Of a stretch of 64,000 nt of DNA, positions 28,499 to 38,627 are shown one piece after another. Under the pieces are notes generated by a model that made no database searches, was not told where the DNA came from, and saw only the letters and a program-made list of their open reading frames with translations. Numbering within the stretch: position 1 is the first letter of the stretch; every line of letters starts with the position of its first letter. The DNA comes from a virus, in the IMG/VR virus record IMGVR_UViG_3300023223_000669, positions 96,001 to 160,000 of that record, one strand, 5' to 3'. The translations under genes were made by a program, and so were the position numbers.

Positions 28499-29634
28499 AC
28501 CAACAGCAAATCTATTACGAGCCGCAGATGCAATCGATTGCGGAGCGTGTCAATCAGCCGCCGCGTATTGTACAATGTATCCAAATGCACAACGAGGAGC
28601 AATTTGCCCCGTTGGTGCTGGCATCTATCTATGATGAGGTAGATCGTATTATTGTGATCGAGGGTGCCGTTGAGAACCGTCCGAACGCAACACAAGATGG
28701 ACACTCCACCGACAATACGTTGTCGGTGATTAAGAAATTCAAAGAAGAAAATGATCCAGACAATAAGATCCTGCTGGTCTCTATCCCCAAGTTTTGGAAA
28801 AACCTGGAGGAAATGAAACAGGTATTCCTTGATATGAGTATTCCGGGCGACTGGATCTTGATCAATGATGCAGACGAATTTTATAAGCCGTCTGATATCA
28901 GACGACTTAGGAAAGCTATTGAGCTTGAGCCGCACGCCTGCGAGTTTGTTCCGAACTTCCTGCACTTCTATCGTGACTGCTGGCATGTGGCCGTTCCTGG
29001 TCCCGAGTGGCAACCACAACATCAGCGGGTATTCAAATATGTACGCGGCATGATATACAATAGTCATCCGGTCGTTACTGACCCTGCGGGACATTGCACA
29101 TATTTCTCACCACATTATCAACAGCGTAGGGTAATGCTTAATGATTTCTTTATTTACCACTATGGTTATGCCCGTTCCAATATGGACGAAATCATGAGGG
29201 CGAAACAAGAATATTACAAGGGTGAGCTTGCGAAGCACGATGGGGCCGACAAGAAGTTTGATCAGAAAGTCAAGGACTGGTTTGATGGTACGGAACCACT
29301 ACTGAGGTTCGATGGAGAACATCCTCAAATCATTCAGGATCATTATCATGTGGCAAATAAGGTTGTGCCCAGAAATGTTCCTACCCTATGGCGGGACGAT
29401 CCTTTTTATAGTAAGGTGCTCAGGAATGAGCCCTATGGAAATATTTATTTGTGTATGACGCAGCAAGCAACGCCGCACATGCAACTGTATCACAACGGTA
29501 TGACTATTGAAAATGGTCTTGAAACAGAAGGCGATGTTCCTGTGGTACAGATGTCGATGGAAGAATATAAACAGGCCCTACAGTCTGGTGGCCTAGAAGG
29601 TTTTGGCTGTGGTAACCCCGCAGTCTCATGTTAG
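28495..29634 (+). CDS. GT-A (GT2-like) glycosyltransferase
   Basis: MHNEEQF, IIVIEG, STDNT, WILINDADEF (DxD), IYHYGY. Confidence 0.75.
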   Translation: MNQQQIYYEPQMQSIAERVNQPPRIVQCIQMHNEEQFAPLVLASIYDEVDRIIVIEGAVENRPNATQDGHSTDNTLSVIKKFKEENDPDNKILLVSIPKFWKNLEEMKQVFLDMSIPGDWILINDADEFYKPSDIRRLRKAIELEPHACEFVPNFLHFYRDCWHVAVPGPEWQPQHQRVFKYVRGMIYNSHPVVTDPAGHCTYFSPHYQQRRVMLNDFFIYHYGYARSNMDEIMRAKQEYYKGELAKHDGADKKFDQKVKDWFDGTEPLLRFDGEHPQIIQDHYHVANKVVPRNVPTLWRDDPFYSKVLRNEPYGNIYLCMTQQATPHMQLYHNGMTIENGLETEGDVPVVQMSMEEYKQALQSGGLEGFGCGNPAVSC

Positions 29635-29644
29635 GAGAAAAATT

Positions 29645-30019
29645 ATGAGTTTTGCAACAGATTATATAACAGCGTATAGATTACTACGTCATGGCGACGT
29701 TCCCGACGATATTGGCAGAGCCTTAGGCTATGAAGACAAAGATATTCTGCTTCGTCTACGTGCCCGCTTTGGTCGTGTGAGTCTTCGTGAGGCGGTTGAT
29801 AAAAGTCGAGTTCGAATTTTTGGTCGCATTAAAGCTGCTATTTATGCTGTTAAGATGGTCAAAGAAATGAGACGACAAAAAGTTCTGATTACCAATATGC
29901 TTGGTCTTGAACAAGAGCCTGATGGCATTAGAGAGATTCATAAAAAATCCATCAATTTATTCCCTATTACGGTGCATCGCACAGTAGTTCAAATGCGTGA
30001 ACCCAAGGAAGATGCCTAG
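29645..30019 (+). CDS. hypothetical protein
   Basis: AGGAG upstream of ATG 29645. Confidence 0.55.
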   Translation: MSFATDYITAYRLLRHGDVPDDIGRALGYEDKDILLRLRARFGRVSLREAVDKSRVRIFGRIKAAIYAVKMVKEMRRQKVLITNMLGLEQEPDGIREIHKKSINLFPITVHRTVVQMREPKEDA

Positions 30020-30872
30020 ACTCAGTTACTTGGTTTCAACTTATGATTCTGGCCAATTTCTAGACGGTCACATTGCCGATCTCATTGACCATCAAACAGA
30101 TGGAGACTTTGAGATCGTAATAGTTAACCCGGCTTCGCCGGGCATTGATGGCCTCATTGCTGAGAAGTGGGCTCACGCGGATCCCCGCGTGAAGTATATC
30201 TACCATCACGAGAGAGAACCGTATGGAACCTCCTGGCTGCGAGCATGGCGAGCAGCCAGGGCTCCACTCGTGATGAACTCTAACACCGACGATTTCCATG
30301 AGCCCCGTACGACTGAATTAGTCCATAAGCACATGCGTCTGGCAACCAGCCCGATGCATACAGGTTCTAAGATCGGCTTTGGCTATGGTGGTATCACTGT
30401 GACAGACGCGAAGGTTCGTGCGACAGGAAGAGGCTTAAAACCTCCATTCAATTTTGAGGTCATGTCGTATGAGTGTCACGCTGGCCCGCAGGTTATCTGG
30501 CGAAACGACAAGCAATTCATTGATGATCTTGACTGGAATCTGATGCAAGAGCGTAGTGAGAGCTACAAGTCGGCATTTGACTACTGGCTTTGGCTGTACT
30601 TCATGAGTAAGGGGTATCGTGGCTATGTGATTCCTGAGTATCTTACGATTTACCGGCAACGTCCCGATTCTATTGAGAATCGAAATAAATGGGCTAATAA
30701 TTGGGAAACTTATGCTGCCATCAGTGAGTTTTTCGGTCATAATTTCGATGGCAAATTGACACATGCACAGGAGTTTAGGGATTTCGACGCTCTACCTCCG
30801 CGAGACGCATGGGTTGCTACAATGCAAGCAGGCGAACAATGGGAAAAATCAGAGATAGATGGTATAGGTTAG
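30012..30872 (+). CDS. GT2 glycosyltransferase
   Basis: SYLVSTYDS-x-FEIVIVNPASP; MNSNTDD; DYWLWL. Confidence 0.8.
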   Translation: MPRLSYLVSTYDSGQFLDGHIADLIDHQTDGDFEIVIVNPASPGIDGLIAEKWAHADPRVKYIYHHEREPYGTSWLRAWRAARAPLVMNSNTDDFHEPRTTELVHKHMRLATSPMHTGSKIGFGYGGITVTDAKVRATGRGLKPPFNFEVMSYECHAGPQVIWRNDKQFIDDLDWNLMQERSESYKSAFDYWLWLYFMSKGYRGYVIPEYLTIYRQRPDSIENRNKWANNWETYAAISEFFGHNFDGKLTHAQEFRDFDALPPRDAWVATMQAGEQWEKSEIDGIG

Positions 30873-31300
30873 TTGCTGGCGGTCTTTTGCAGGCCAAGAA
30901 GCGTTTAGCTACTAAATTAGCTAGACAGATTGAGATTACAGCAGAACATGCAGCCCAATGGAGGATTGTCCAGAGACAATTCATCGCCCTGAAAGATGAT
31001 ATGAAAAAGATCCTTGCAGACAGAGACGATCAAATCGTTATTCTGAAAGAACATGTTAAGGCTGCCAAAGAGGGTCGAACAGATGACGTTGAGACAGCCA
31101 AGGACATTATCCGTGAACGCATGGGTATGGATCCAGACGCTCCTGGTAAGATGGACATATTACGAAAGCAGCTTCGCCAAGAGTGTGCCTATGTGATGTA
31201 TCTAGAAGACAATCTTGAGGATGGATTGACAGAGTTTAATGACATACCGAAAGAAGAACGTAAAGTCTATTTTGAGCGTGTAGATGAGCGGGCACGATGA
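30839..31300 (+). CDS. hypothetical coiled-coil protein
   Basis: charged helical ORF; ATGA overlap with the next gene. Confidence 0.55.
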   Translation: MGKIRDRWYRLVAGGLLQAKKRLATKLARQIEITAEHAAQWRIVQRQFIALKDDMKKILADRDDQIVILKEHVKAAKEGRTDDVETAKDIIRERMGMDPDAPGKMDILRKQLRQECAYVMYLEDNLEDGLTEFNDIPKEERKVYFERVDERAR

Positions 31301-31665
31301 GCAAACAACGTATTGTGTCGCAGTCTTGGGGACGTGAGCGAGTCTTAGAAGAGAATGACAAGTATGTCCTTAAGATATTGGAAGTCGATCCTGGTCATCG
31401 ACTGAGCCTGCAATTCCATGACCGTCAAAGACTTACATTGTATTGTCTTTACGGTCATGGGACGCTCTTTTTGACCAACGACCAACACGATAGCGAAAGA
31501 TCCCTGCTGCCGGGGCGTTACGAAACAATCGAACCCGGCACCATCCACAGTCTTGAATCATCAGGAACGGCCCCCTGTATTGTGATGCAGATTTCGTGTG
31601 CAACAGCAAACGACACCACCATCTTAGACGTTGGCAGGTTCCTCGACCCCTTTAGCAATGATTAA
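31297..31665 (+). CDS. cupin, type II phosphomannose-isomerase C-domain-like (degenerate)
   Basis: VLKILEVDPGHRLSLQFH...IEPGTIHSL. Confidence 0.65.
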   Translation: MSKQRIVSQSWGRERVLEENDKYVLKILEVDPGHRLSLQFHDRQRLTLYCLYGHGTLFLTNDQHDSERSLLPGRYETIEPGTIHSLESSGTAPCIVMQISCATANDTTILDVGRFLDPFSND

Positions 31666-32761
31666 AATATTACATTATCTCCGTAACCTCGGATTAGGTG
31701 GTACGGAAAAGACTTGCCAGTTGTTTTTTGAGCACGCGAGCAGTGATTTTGAAGTTACGGTTATACATGAAGAAAGTGGTGACTATACACGTATAGAGGA
31801 ATTTAATAAAGCCGCCAGGGTTAGTAAAGGATTGGTGCATGCTATTGATTCCTATGGGAGCAACCCACGACTGAAAGGTGACCCTGATCCAGCCCCTCTA
31901 CAAGAGGTTATCGACACTTTAAAGCCCGATATTTTACATGTCTATCGTAGCGGTTATAGCGAATTTCCGGCCAATTGCGTATATGTACCGCATACTGTTG
32001 AAACAAATGTATTTGGTTTTCTAGATCCATCTCTTAATGGTCGCACCCTTTTCATGAGTAAGTGGCTCATGGATTATGCACTTAAGAGTGGACGCTGGAA
32101 CGTAAAGGCTTTTGCGTGGGCAAAAGATAGGTTTGATTACGTGAACAATCCGGTTGAAATGCCCTACACAGACGCTACATTTTCTCACCTTTCAAGCGAT
32201 GCTATTTGGCTTGGTCGTTGTGGGCGTCCGGATAATGGCATCTACAATTCTGTAAGCGTAGACGCTGCTCGTCTGTTACGTCTACAGGGGTACGACATTC
32301 GCTTTTTAGTGGTGGCCGCACCACCCAATATGATCCTTGACTTGGAGCGTTACAAGATTCCTTTTGAAGCTATTGCACCCACGACAGATCCGTTAGTGCT
32401 GAGTCAATTTTACAACAGCGTGGACATTTATGCCCACGCTAGGGCGGACGGAGAAACCTTCGGTGTGAATATCGCTGAGGCAATGATCCATGGGAAACCC
32501 GTCGTGACGCATATCGCCACGCCGAGCTTCCCAGGTATGGGAGTATTCCAATCACAAACAGAGCTTGTCGAGGATGGCCTGACTGGTTTTATTGTACAAA
32601 ATAATGCAGCAGAATATGCCGAGGCACTCAAGCGTATTATCGAAGATGATCAATTGGCCGCGAAGATGCGAGTATTAGGACGTTTTAAAGCAACGCGTGA
32701 CTATCATGTTGATGCGTGCATGAAGAAGTTAGAGAGAATTTACCGAGAGGTTGTATCGTAA
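31658..32761 (+). CDS. GT4 glycosyltransferase
   Basis: LGLGGTEK, DIYAHARADGETFGVNIAEAMIHGKPVV. Confidence 0.88.
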   Translation: MIKILHYLRNLGLGGTEKTCQLFFEHASSDFEVTVIHEESGDYTRIEEFNKAARVSKGLVHAIDSYGSNPRLKGDPDPAPLQEVIDTLKPDILHVYRSGYSEFPANCVYVPHTVETNVFGFLDPSLNGRTLFMSKWLMDYALKSGRWNVKAFAWAKDRFDYVNNPVEMPYTDATFSHLSSDAIWLGRCGRPDNGIYNSVSVDAARLLRLQGYDIRFLVVAAPPNMILDLERYKIPFEAIAPTTDPLVLSQFYNSVDIYAHARADGETFGVNIAEAMIHGKPVVTHIATPSFPGMGVFQSQTELVEDGLTGFIVQNNAAEYAEALKRIIEDDQLAAKMRVLGRFKATRDYHVDACMKKLERIYREVVS

Positions 32762-33141
32762 TGCAAACACTAAAATTTGATAAGATGTTTCTCTTGCAGA
32801 GAATCAAGGAAAACCGCAAAAGACACGAAGAGATTTTCAATGAAGCCATTGGAAACTATCGTCAAACATTGATTGAAGCCATCGAGGCACGTCTTGAACT
32901 TGTGCGGACTGATGAAGCTTCGGAGTGGCATGGTCGCATTGACCTTGAGAAACCACAACACCATATTGCCGAGTATGATCGTGTCATCATGATGATTGAG
33001 CATTGTGTGGAGACAGAGATTGAGTTGGACGAACATGAGTATGCTCAGTATGTCATGGATAATTGGACATGGCAGCGTGGATTCCTGACTTCTAATTCAA
33101 TGTATTCTACCATGGCCGCTTCTGGTTGTGCCGCACTATAA
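32761..33141 (+). CDS. hypothetical protein
   Basis: TAATG overlaps on both sides. Confidence 0.6.
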   Translation: MQTLKFDKMFLLQRIKENRKRHEEIFNEAIGNYRQTLIEAIEARLELVRTDEASEWHGRIDLEKPQHHIAEYDRVIMMIEHCVETEIELDEHEYAQYVMDNWTWQRGFLTSNSMYSTMAASGCAAL

Positions 33142-34292
33142 TGAGTAAGATCAAAGTAGTACATCACACTAAATATCTTGGCTATAGTGGTACGGATCGA
33201 ACAGCACAGTTATTTTGTAAGTACCTTGCTAAATCAGATCGTTTTGAGCCATTCATTGTGTATAGAAATCTACCGGATGCCTATCCACGACTTGAGATTG
33301 TGCAGGAATGGATTGGTGCTGATCATGTGATCCCATATGAATGGGAACCCGGAGAACAAGGCAAGAAAGCTCCATACGTACCTGAGCGATGTGATTTACA
33401 GCAAGTACTAGCGGACATCAATCCTGATATTGTACACCTACATCGTACAGGGTACGCTGAGCATCCTGGCTTCCGTTATATGGCTCCGTATGCCAAGTGG
33501 GTGGAAACTAATATCTTTGGCGAAGCTGATTTCACGCCCGAAAGCCAGATTGATATGCATATCTACATTTCGGATTATATTAGAGCAAGAGCTATGGGCA
33601 ACGGTAGTCCGGATGGTCCCGTGCTTTACAACCCTATTGACCAGCCCGTTCGTGATGTTACCCCTGGACTCAAGCTATTGTGTCGCGAAGAACTATTGGA
33701 CAAGTTCAAGATTCCTCGTGATGCTCTGCTGCTTGGACGCGTCGGACGAGCAGACAACTTTGACGCCATCTCTCTAAAAGCGTTTGCAGAGATTGAGCAG
33801 ATGCACCCGGAGGCGTTCTATATCGTTGTCAATCCCTGCCCTCGCTGGAAAGACGTAGCTGAGGAGTTAGGCATTCAGAACATCAGATTTAGTGAACCTA
33901 TCATTGACGACTATGATCTATCGAATTTCTATCATGGGCTGGATATTTATGCTCATGCTCGACATGACGGCGAATGCTGTCCCTGCAACATTCAGGAAGC
34001 GATGATGCACCGACTGCCCGTTGTTTCTCATGAGTCTGCTATCTACAATGGGCAGTCAGAGATTGTTGGTAACGCGGGATTCGTGGTGCCGCTTGGTGAT
34101 TACGTTGCGTATCGTGACGTATTGCATGAGTTGATTGTTAATCCAGAAATGGCCTCTGAGGATGAATCATGTTTGATTCGCCTCAGAGAGCACTTTGGCC
34201 TTGAAGCTCGTCGTCGTGCCATGCGATACTTCGAATCGGAGTGCATGACTAGTCAACTTGCACAGTTGTATGATTGGGTGTTAGCGAAATGA
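33141..34292 (+). CDS. GT4 glycosyltransferase (paralog of 31658)
   Basis: LGYSGTDR, DIYAHARHDGECCPCNIQEAMMHRLPVV. Confidence 0.85.
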   Translation: MSKIKVVHHTKYLGYSGTDRTAQLFCKYLAKSDRFEPFIVYRNLPDAYPRLEIVQEWIGADHVIPYEWEPGEQGKKAPYVPERCDLQQVLADINPDIVHLHRTGYAEHPGFRYMAPYAKWVETNIFGEADFTPESQIDMHIYISDYIRARAMGNGSPDGPVLYNPIDQPVRDVTPGLKLLCREELLDKFKIPRDALLLGRVGRADNFDAISLKAFAEIEQMHPEAFYIVVNPCPRWKDVAEELGIQNIRFSEPIIDDYDLSNFYHGLDIYAHARHDGECCPCNIQEAMMHRLPVVSHESAIYNGQSEIVGNAGFVVPLGDYVAYRDVLHELIVNPEMASEDESCLIRLREHFGLEARRRAMRYFESECMTSQLAQLYDWVLAK

Positions 34293-34483
34293 CTATTGAG
34301 CTAGCAAAAGCCGTTTTAGAGTGGTGGGAAGACCAACCGCAAGAGCCAAAGCCTCGTTTTGTGCAACTAGCTGAGAATGAAGCCGAAAGAGTTCTCGATG
34401 AAGACGGTAAGTGTAAACGTTGTGGCGGCTGGGGTGCTCCTACTGGATGTCGCACTTGTGGCACAACTTGTATGGGTGGTTAA
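34289..34483 (+). CDS. small hypothetical protein with 2 CxxC
   Basis: CKRC...CRTC; ATGA overlap. Confidence 0.5.
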   Translation: MTIELAKAVLEWWEDQPQEPKPRFVQLAENEAERVLDEDGKCKRCGGWGAPTGCRTCGTTCMGG

Positions 34484-34486
34484 TTC

Positions 34487-35215
34487 ATGACAAAAATCAT
34501 ATCTTTTTCTTTATGGGGAAACGAGCCCAAGTATTGTATTGGAGCTATCCGTAACGCGGAGCTTGCAGAGGAAATCTATCCTGGATGGGAAGTACACATA
34601 CAAATGGATTATCAAGTACCCATGTATGTCTGGCGAGCACTTGGAGAGATGGGCGACCACGTTCATGCTATTCGTCGTTTAGATCCAGAAACCCATGGTA
34701 TGGCCAAGGGCGACTGGCGTGGCATGTTTTGGCGTTTTGAGTATGCGTGTTGTCAGGGCTTGGACAATGAAGTGGAAGCATTCATTTCACGCGACTGCGA
34801 CAGCAGACTATTTCGCCGCGAAGCGGCAGCGGTTGAAGAGTGGCTAGAGAGTGGTAAAGGATTTCATATCATGAGGGATCATCCTTGGCATGGTTCACAA
34901 ATGTTGGGCGGTATGTGGGGTTGTCGCAATTATGCTCTACCTGAGTTTCTAGACCTCATGTATAATACGGATGGTACTAACAATCTACTCGGCCATCACG
35001 ATAATCGTTGGCAATGTGATCAAGACTTTCTGAACACCATGATTTATCCTCGTATCGTAAACGACGCGATGATTCATGCAAGCTTTTTGAAGATGGAACC
35101 ACACGCAAAAGACTTTCCTGTGCCCCGGCGGGGCACAGAATTTGTTGGACAGATTTTTGATGAGAACGACGCAGTTATACCTGAACACGTAGCCGCATTG
35201 GCACAAGCACTATGA
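34487..35215 (+). CDS. putative GT-A glycosyltransferase-like protein
   Basis: IISFSLWG..Y-x-GAIRN; ISRDCDSR (DxD); HIMRDHP; LGGMWG; DQDFL. Confidence 0.6.
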   Translation: MTKIISFSLWGNEPKYCIGAIRNAELAEEIYPGWEVHIQMDYQVPMYVWRALGEMGDHVHAIRRLDPETHGMAKGDWRGMFWRFEYACCQGLDNEVEAFISRDCDSRLFRREAAAVEEWLESGKGFHIMRDHPWHGSQMLGGMWGCRNYALPEFLDLMYNTDGTNNLLGHHDNRWQCDQDFLNTMIYPRIVNDAMIHASFLKMEPHAKDFPVPRRGTEFVGQIFDENDAVIPEHVAALAQAL

Positions 35216-35568
35216 AAACCTTAGATTTTGATGAAATCAAACAAGATGTCGTAAATTTCTTACTTGAAACATGTCTTGATACTCATGTAACAGGATGTGT
35301 GTTTGAAAATCGAGTCGTATTTAATGTCTATGTTAGAAATTCAACGCTCGATATAGACGAGGGTCGTCTGCAAGCAATCTTAGCAAAGTATAATTTGGTG
35401 GGAGATGATGACTTAGTACATACATTTCCAGTGAGTCCAGGAGGATTTTACAATCAGTATTTTAATATTGGTTGTACGGCTCAAGAGGCCATACGTGTAT
35501 CCATGACTTTAGATCCTAATTATCAAAAACCAAACGAAGATCCTATTGCTGTTGTACGTCCATTATGA
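35212..35568 (+). CDS. hypothetical protein
   Basis: 118 aa, coupled on both sides. Confidence 0.55.
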   Translation: MKTLDFDEIKQDVVNFLLETCLDTHVTGCVFENRVVFNVYVRNSTLDIDEGRLQAILAKYNLVGDDDLVHTFPVSPGGFYNQYFNIGCTAQEAIRVSMTLDPNYQKPNEDPIAVVRPL

Positions 35569-36647
35569 AAGCTCTAACGTTTGATGATATCTCTCTTGTC
35601 CCGCGATACAACAACATTGCTTCGCGGAACGACGTAGACACCAACGTACAGTTTGGGGGTCTCAAATTGAAAATTCCTGTGTTTTCAGCCAATATGGAGA
35701 CTGTAACTGGTGCTACAATGGCTGATAAAATGTCACAACTTGGTGGCCTTGGGTTTCTTCATAGATTTTGTTCTATTGAAGATAATGTTTCTATGTACCT
35801 TGATGCTACGCCCGGTAAAGGAATATCAAAACGAGACCACCTAGTACAAGGCACTGAAGCTGTAGTGTCACTCGGTATCAATGAGGGACTTGAGCGTTTC
35901 CATGCTCACTATGAGGTAGGTGCTCGCTACTTCTGTGTTGATATTGCACATGGTCACAGTCAGTTGGTTGGACGTATTATTCAACAGATCAAAGAATTCA
36001 GCGATGACACGTTTGTCATCGCTGGGAACGTCTGTCACGCTGCCGGGGCTGAATACCTTGCAGACAAGGGTGCTGATGCGGTAAAAGTTGGTGTCGGCCC
36101 CGGAAGCGTATGCACCACACGCATCAAAACCGGTTTCGGTGTGCCACAGTTTTCGGCAATCAAAGCTTGTCGAAGAATCAATGTCTTTGTCATTGCTGAT
36201 GGTGGTATACGGCATCCGGGGGATGCCGTAAAAGCATTTGTGGCGGGTGCAGATGCCATCATGTTAGGCGGCATGCTTGCCGGGTGCGACGAAACCCCTG
36301 GTGAAATTCAGCATGAAACTATTACGCTTGGTGGTACTTACCATGATCATAAGTTCAATGTCAAAAACTCGGGATACAAAGTATTCCGAGGCATGGCTTC
36401 CAAGGAAGCTCAGGATGATTTCATGGGCAAAATGAGCGGCTGGAAAACGTCCGAAGGCGTAGAGATTAAGATTGAGGCTAAAGGGCCTGTTGTGAACGTA
36501 GTGAACGATCTCATGGGCGGTATTCGTAGTGGTATGACTTATGTTGGAGCCAATAGACTGAAGGAACTACGAGAGCGAGCAGACTGGGTAGAAGTTACTG
36601 CTGCTGGCCGAACAGAAGGTAGCCCGCATGGCGAAGGGAGACTATGA
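35565..36647 (+). CDS. IMPDH/GMP reductase family enzyme without CBS domains (GMP reductase favoured)
   Basis: LTFDDISLVP, DIAHGHS, IAGNV, KVGVGPGSVCTT, IADGGI, FRGMAS, GGIRSGMTYVGA; no Arg-Tyr flap dyad. Confidence 0.9.
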   Translation: MKALTFDDISLVPRYNNIASRNDVDTNVQFGGLKLKIPVFSANMETVTGATMADKMSQLGGLGFLHRFCSIEDNVSMYLDATPGKGISKRDHLVQGTEAVVSLGINEGLERFHAHYEVGARYFCVDIAHGHSQLVGRIIQQIKEFSDDTFVIAGNVCHAAGAEYLADKGADAVKVGVGPGSVCTTRIKTGFGVPQFSAIKACRRINVFVIADGGIRHPGDAVKAFVAGADAIMLGGMLAGCDETPGEIQHETITLGGTYHDHKFNVKNSGYKVFRGMASKEAQDDFMGKMSGWKTSEGVEIKIEAKGPVVNVVNDLMGGIRSGMTYVGANRLKELRERADWVEVTAAGRTEGSPHGEGRL

Positions 36648-37075
36648 ATCAAATTCACAAACTACCGCAACGTATAATAGACAAGATTTCTATTAATGGC
36701 AAGACCGATTGTTGGGAGTGGATCGCGTGCATTGATCGTGGTGGATATGCCAGAATCCAATATCAAGGTAAATTTGCTTCTGCTCATAGAATTGTTTATC
36801 AGTTACTTTGTGGCGAAATTCATAATGAGACATTAGATCATTTATGTCGCGTGCGTCATTGTGTAAATCCAGATCATCTAGAAGCTGTTTCGAATAAGAA
36901 AAATTGTTTGAGAGGAAATGGTCCTACGGCTAAAAACGCTCGTAAAACTCATTGTAAACGCGGACATCCATTATCAGGTAGTAATTTAGCGTTATGGAAA
37001 TCTGGTGGTCGTAGATGTAAAACATGCATGAATGATCGCAAACAAGCGAGAAGGAGAGCGGGATGCGGATATTAG
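36644..37075 (+). CDS. HNH homing endonuclease (HNH_3-type)
   Basis: CWEW, AHRIVY, LDHLCRVRHCVNPDHLEAV, KTHCKRGH. Confidence 0.9.
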   Translation: MNQIHKLPQRIIDKISINGKTDCWEWIACIDRGGYARIQYQGKFASAHRIVYQLLCGEIHNETLDHLCRVRHCVNPDHLEAVSNKKNCLRGNGPTAKNARKTHCKRGHPLSGSNLALWKSGGRRCKTCMNDRKQARRRAGCGY

Positions 37076-37974
37076 TATCGTACCGCGGCATTCCGCAAAG
37101 TCCAGGCTGGAGTACAGGAGACATGGTTGTCAAGGCATTTCGTGCCCTAGGTCATAAAGTTTTTCCGTATGCTAAGTACTACCAAGAGAATCGTTGGGTA
37201 GACGAACGTCCGCCATTAGATAGATACGATTGGGATTTGATTTTAGTTCTTGAATGCAACGACGGCGAGCCTCAGTATCCAGAGTTGCGTATCACGCGAG
37301 CACGAAAGAAGGCGTGTTGGCTCTTTGATACGAGCTATCACGAAGATCGTTACACGTTGTTTGCCAAGTATTTTGGTTTCGATTACCATTTTCTAGCCAA
37401 CCCACTGACGGTCCAAGAATACAAAGTATGGGAGTTTTCTAATGTCCATTACCTACCTTATGCATGCGACCGTGACCTACATGGACGTTCGTTGGAGCGT
37501 CCCAAGACGCGTGACGTGGTGCTTGTTGGCTCTATCCGGGATGATAGGCTTAAGCTTGCTCGCGAACTTAGTATTTTGGGGGTAGACCTTGAATTGATCG
37601 GGGATGTATTCCGAGAAGACTACATTGACGCCCTGGCGTCCGCCAAGATTGTCGTCAACCAAAACCCTATGGAGGGTCGTGGGCTTTTGAACATGCGTTT
37701 TTGGGAAGCACAGGCTGCGGGAGCATATGTACTTACCGAACGAGAAGATTTGTCTCTCAACGCGGAATTCATCACGCCCTGTATCGCAGGATCATACAAG
37801 GGTCCGCGGGATTTAGCCTCTCAGTGTAATAGTCTATTGTGCGAGCAGGATCTTAATCAAATTATGACTAATGCCCTGATACATAGTTCACAAAAGTATG
37901 CTTTCGAGCACCACACCTATCAGAATCGTTGTGAGACTATTCTTGATACGATATTTCCCCATGAAAGAAACTGA
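37063..37974 (+). CDS. CgeB/Glyco_trans_1_2-like glycosyltransferase
   Basis: YLPYACD, DVVLVGS, SAKIVVN, NMRFWEAQAAG. Confidence 0.8.
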   Translation: MRILVSYRGIPQSPGWSTGDMVVKAFRALGHKVFPYAKYYQENRWVDERPPLDRYDWDLILVLECNDGEPQYPELRITRARKKACWLFDTSYHEDRYTLFAKYFGFDYHFLANPLTVQEYKVWEFSNVHYLPYACDRDLHGRSLERPKTRDVVLVGSIRDDRLKLARELSILGVDLELIGDVFREDYIDALASAKIVVNQNPMEGRGLLNMRFWEAQAAGAYVLTEREDLSLNAEFITPCIAGSYKGPRDLASQCNSLLCEQDLNQIMTNALIHSSQKYAFEHHTYQNRCETILDTIFPHERN

Positions 37975-38623
37975 TACTATCAGTGTACTGATCTGTGTTC
38001 ACAGTCAGGACCAAGAACACGACGCCCTCCTACAGCGGGCACTCGAATCCTTAGTGCGGCAGACGTACGAGGATTTTCAAACGGTTGTCGTGTTAGATGA
38101 GTGCTGGGAGAGCACTCTCAGCATCGTGGAAAGCTATGGTGAAGTACTAGATATTCGTTTTTTCAAGCGTCCCCAGAAACAAGGTTTGGCTGCGGCGAAG
38201 AACTTTGGCTTATCGAAGTGTGAAGGCGATTGGGTTGCCTACCTTGATGCCGATGATAGATATATGGATTGTAAGCTTGATGTCCAGCGTAAATGGATGT
38301 TAGAACATCCAGTTGATTTTTGTGGTACACATTCTTGGGATATTCTTGATGGTTATATGGTGCCTAATTGTTTTGGTGTTACGGCATACGTGACACATAA
38401 TGAGATCATAGAAGCATTACCGGAAGAAAATGTCATGTGTCACGGCAGTATGATGATCAGAAAGATCGCTATTGATAGTCTTCATGGTTACCAAACTGAT
38501 AAGGTTTATCTTGGCCGAGAAGATTGGGAGTTATGGGTGAGAGCCGTTCAGGCTGGTTTCCGTTTTGGCCAAGTGCCGGAACGCCTCTATGTATATTCTT
38601 TAGGAACTTCTGTACCTCGGTAA
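37961..38623 (+). CDS. GT2 glycosyltransferase
   Basis: ISVLICVH, GLAAAKNFGL, VAYLDADD, EDWELWVR. Confidence 0.9.
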   Translation: MKETDTISVLICVHSQDQEHDALLQRALESLVRQTYEDFQTVVVLDECWESTLSIVESYGEVLDIRFFKRPQKQGLAAAKNFGLSKCEGDWVAYLDADDRYMDCKLDVQRKWMLEHPVDFCGTHSWDILDGYMVPNCFGVTAYVTHNEIIEALPEENVMCHGSMMIRKIAIDSLHGYQTDKVYLGREDWELWVRAVQAGFRFGQVPERLYVYSLGTSVPR

Positions 38624-38627
38624 TGCT

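Noticed and set aside
28450-29094. 214-aa minus-strand ORF (also 55641-56156, 43029-43541, 25800-26249 and many shorter ones)
   Set aside because: Fully antisense to well-supported + strand genes, with no recognisable motifs; shadow ORFs
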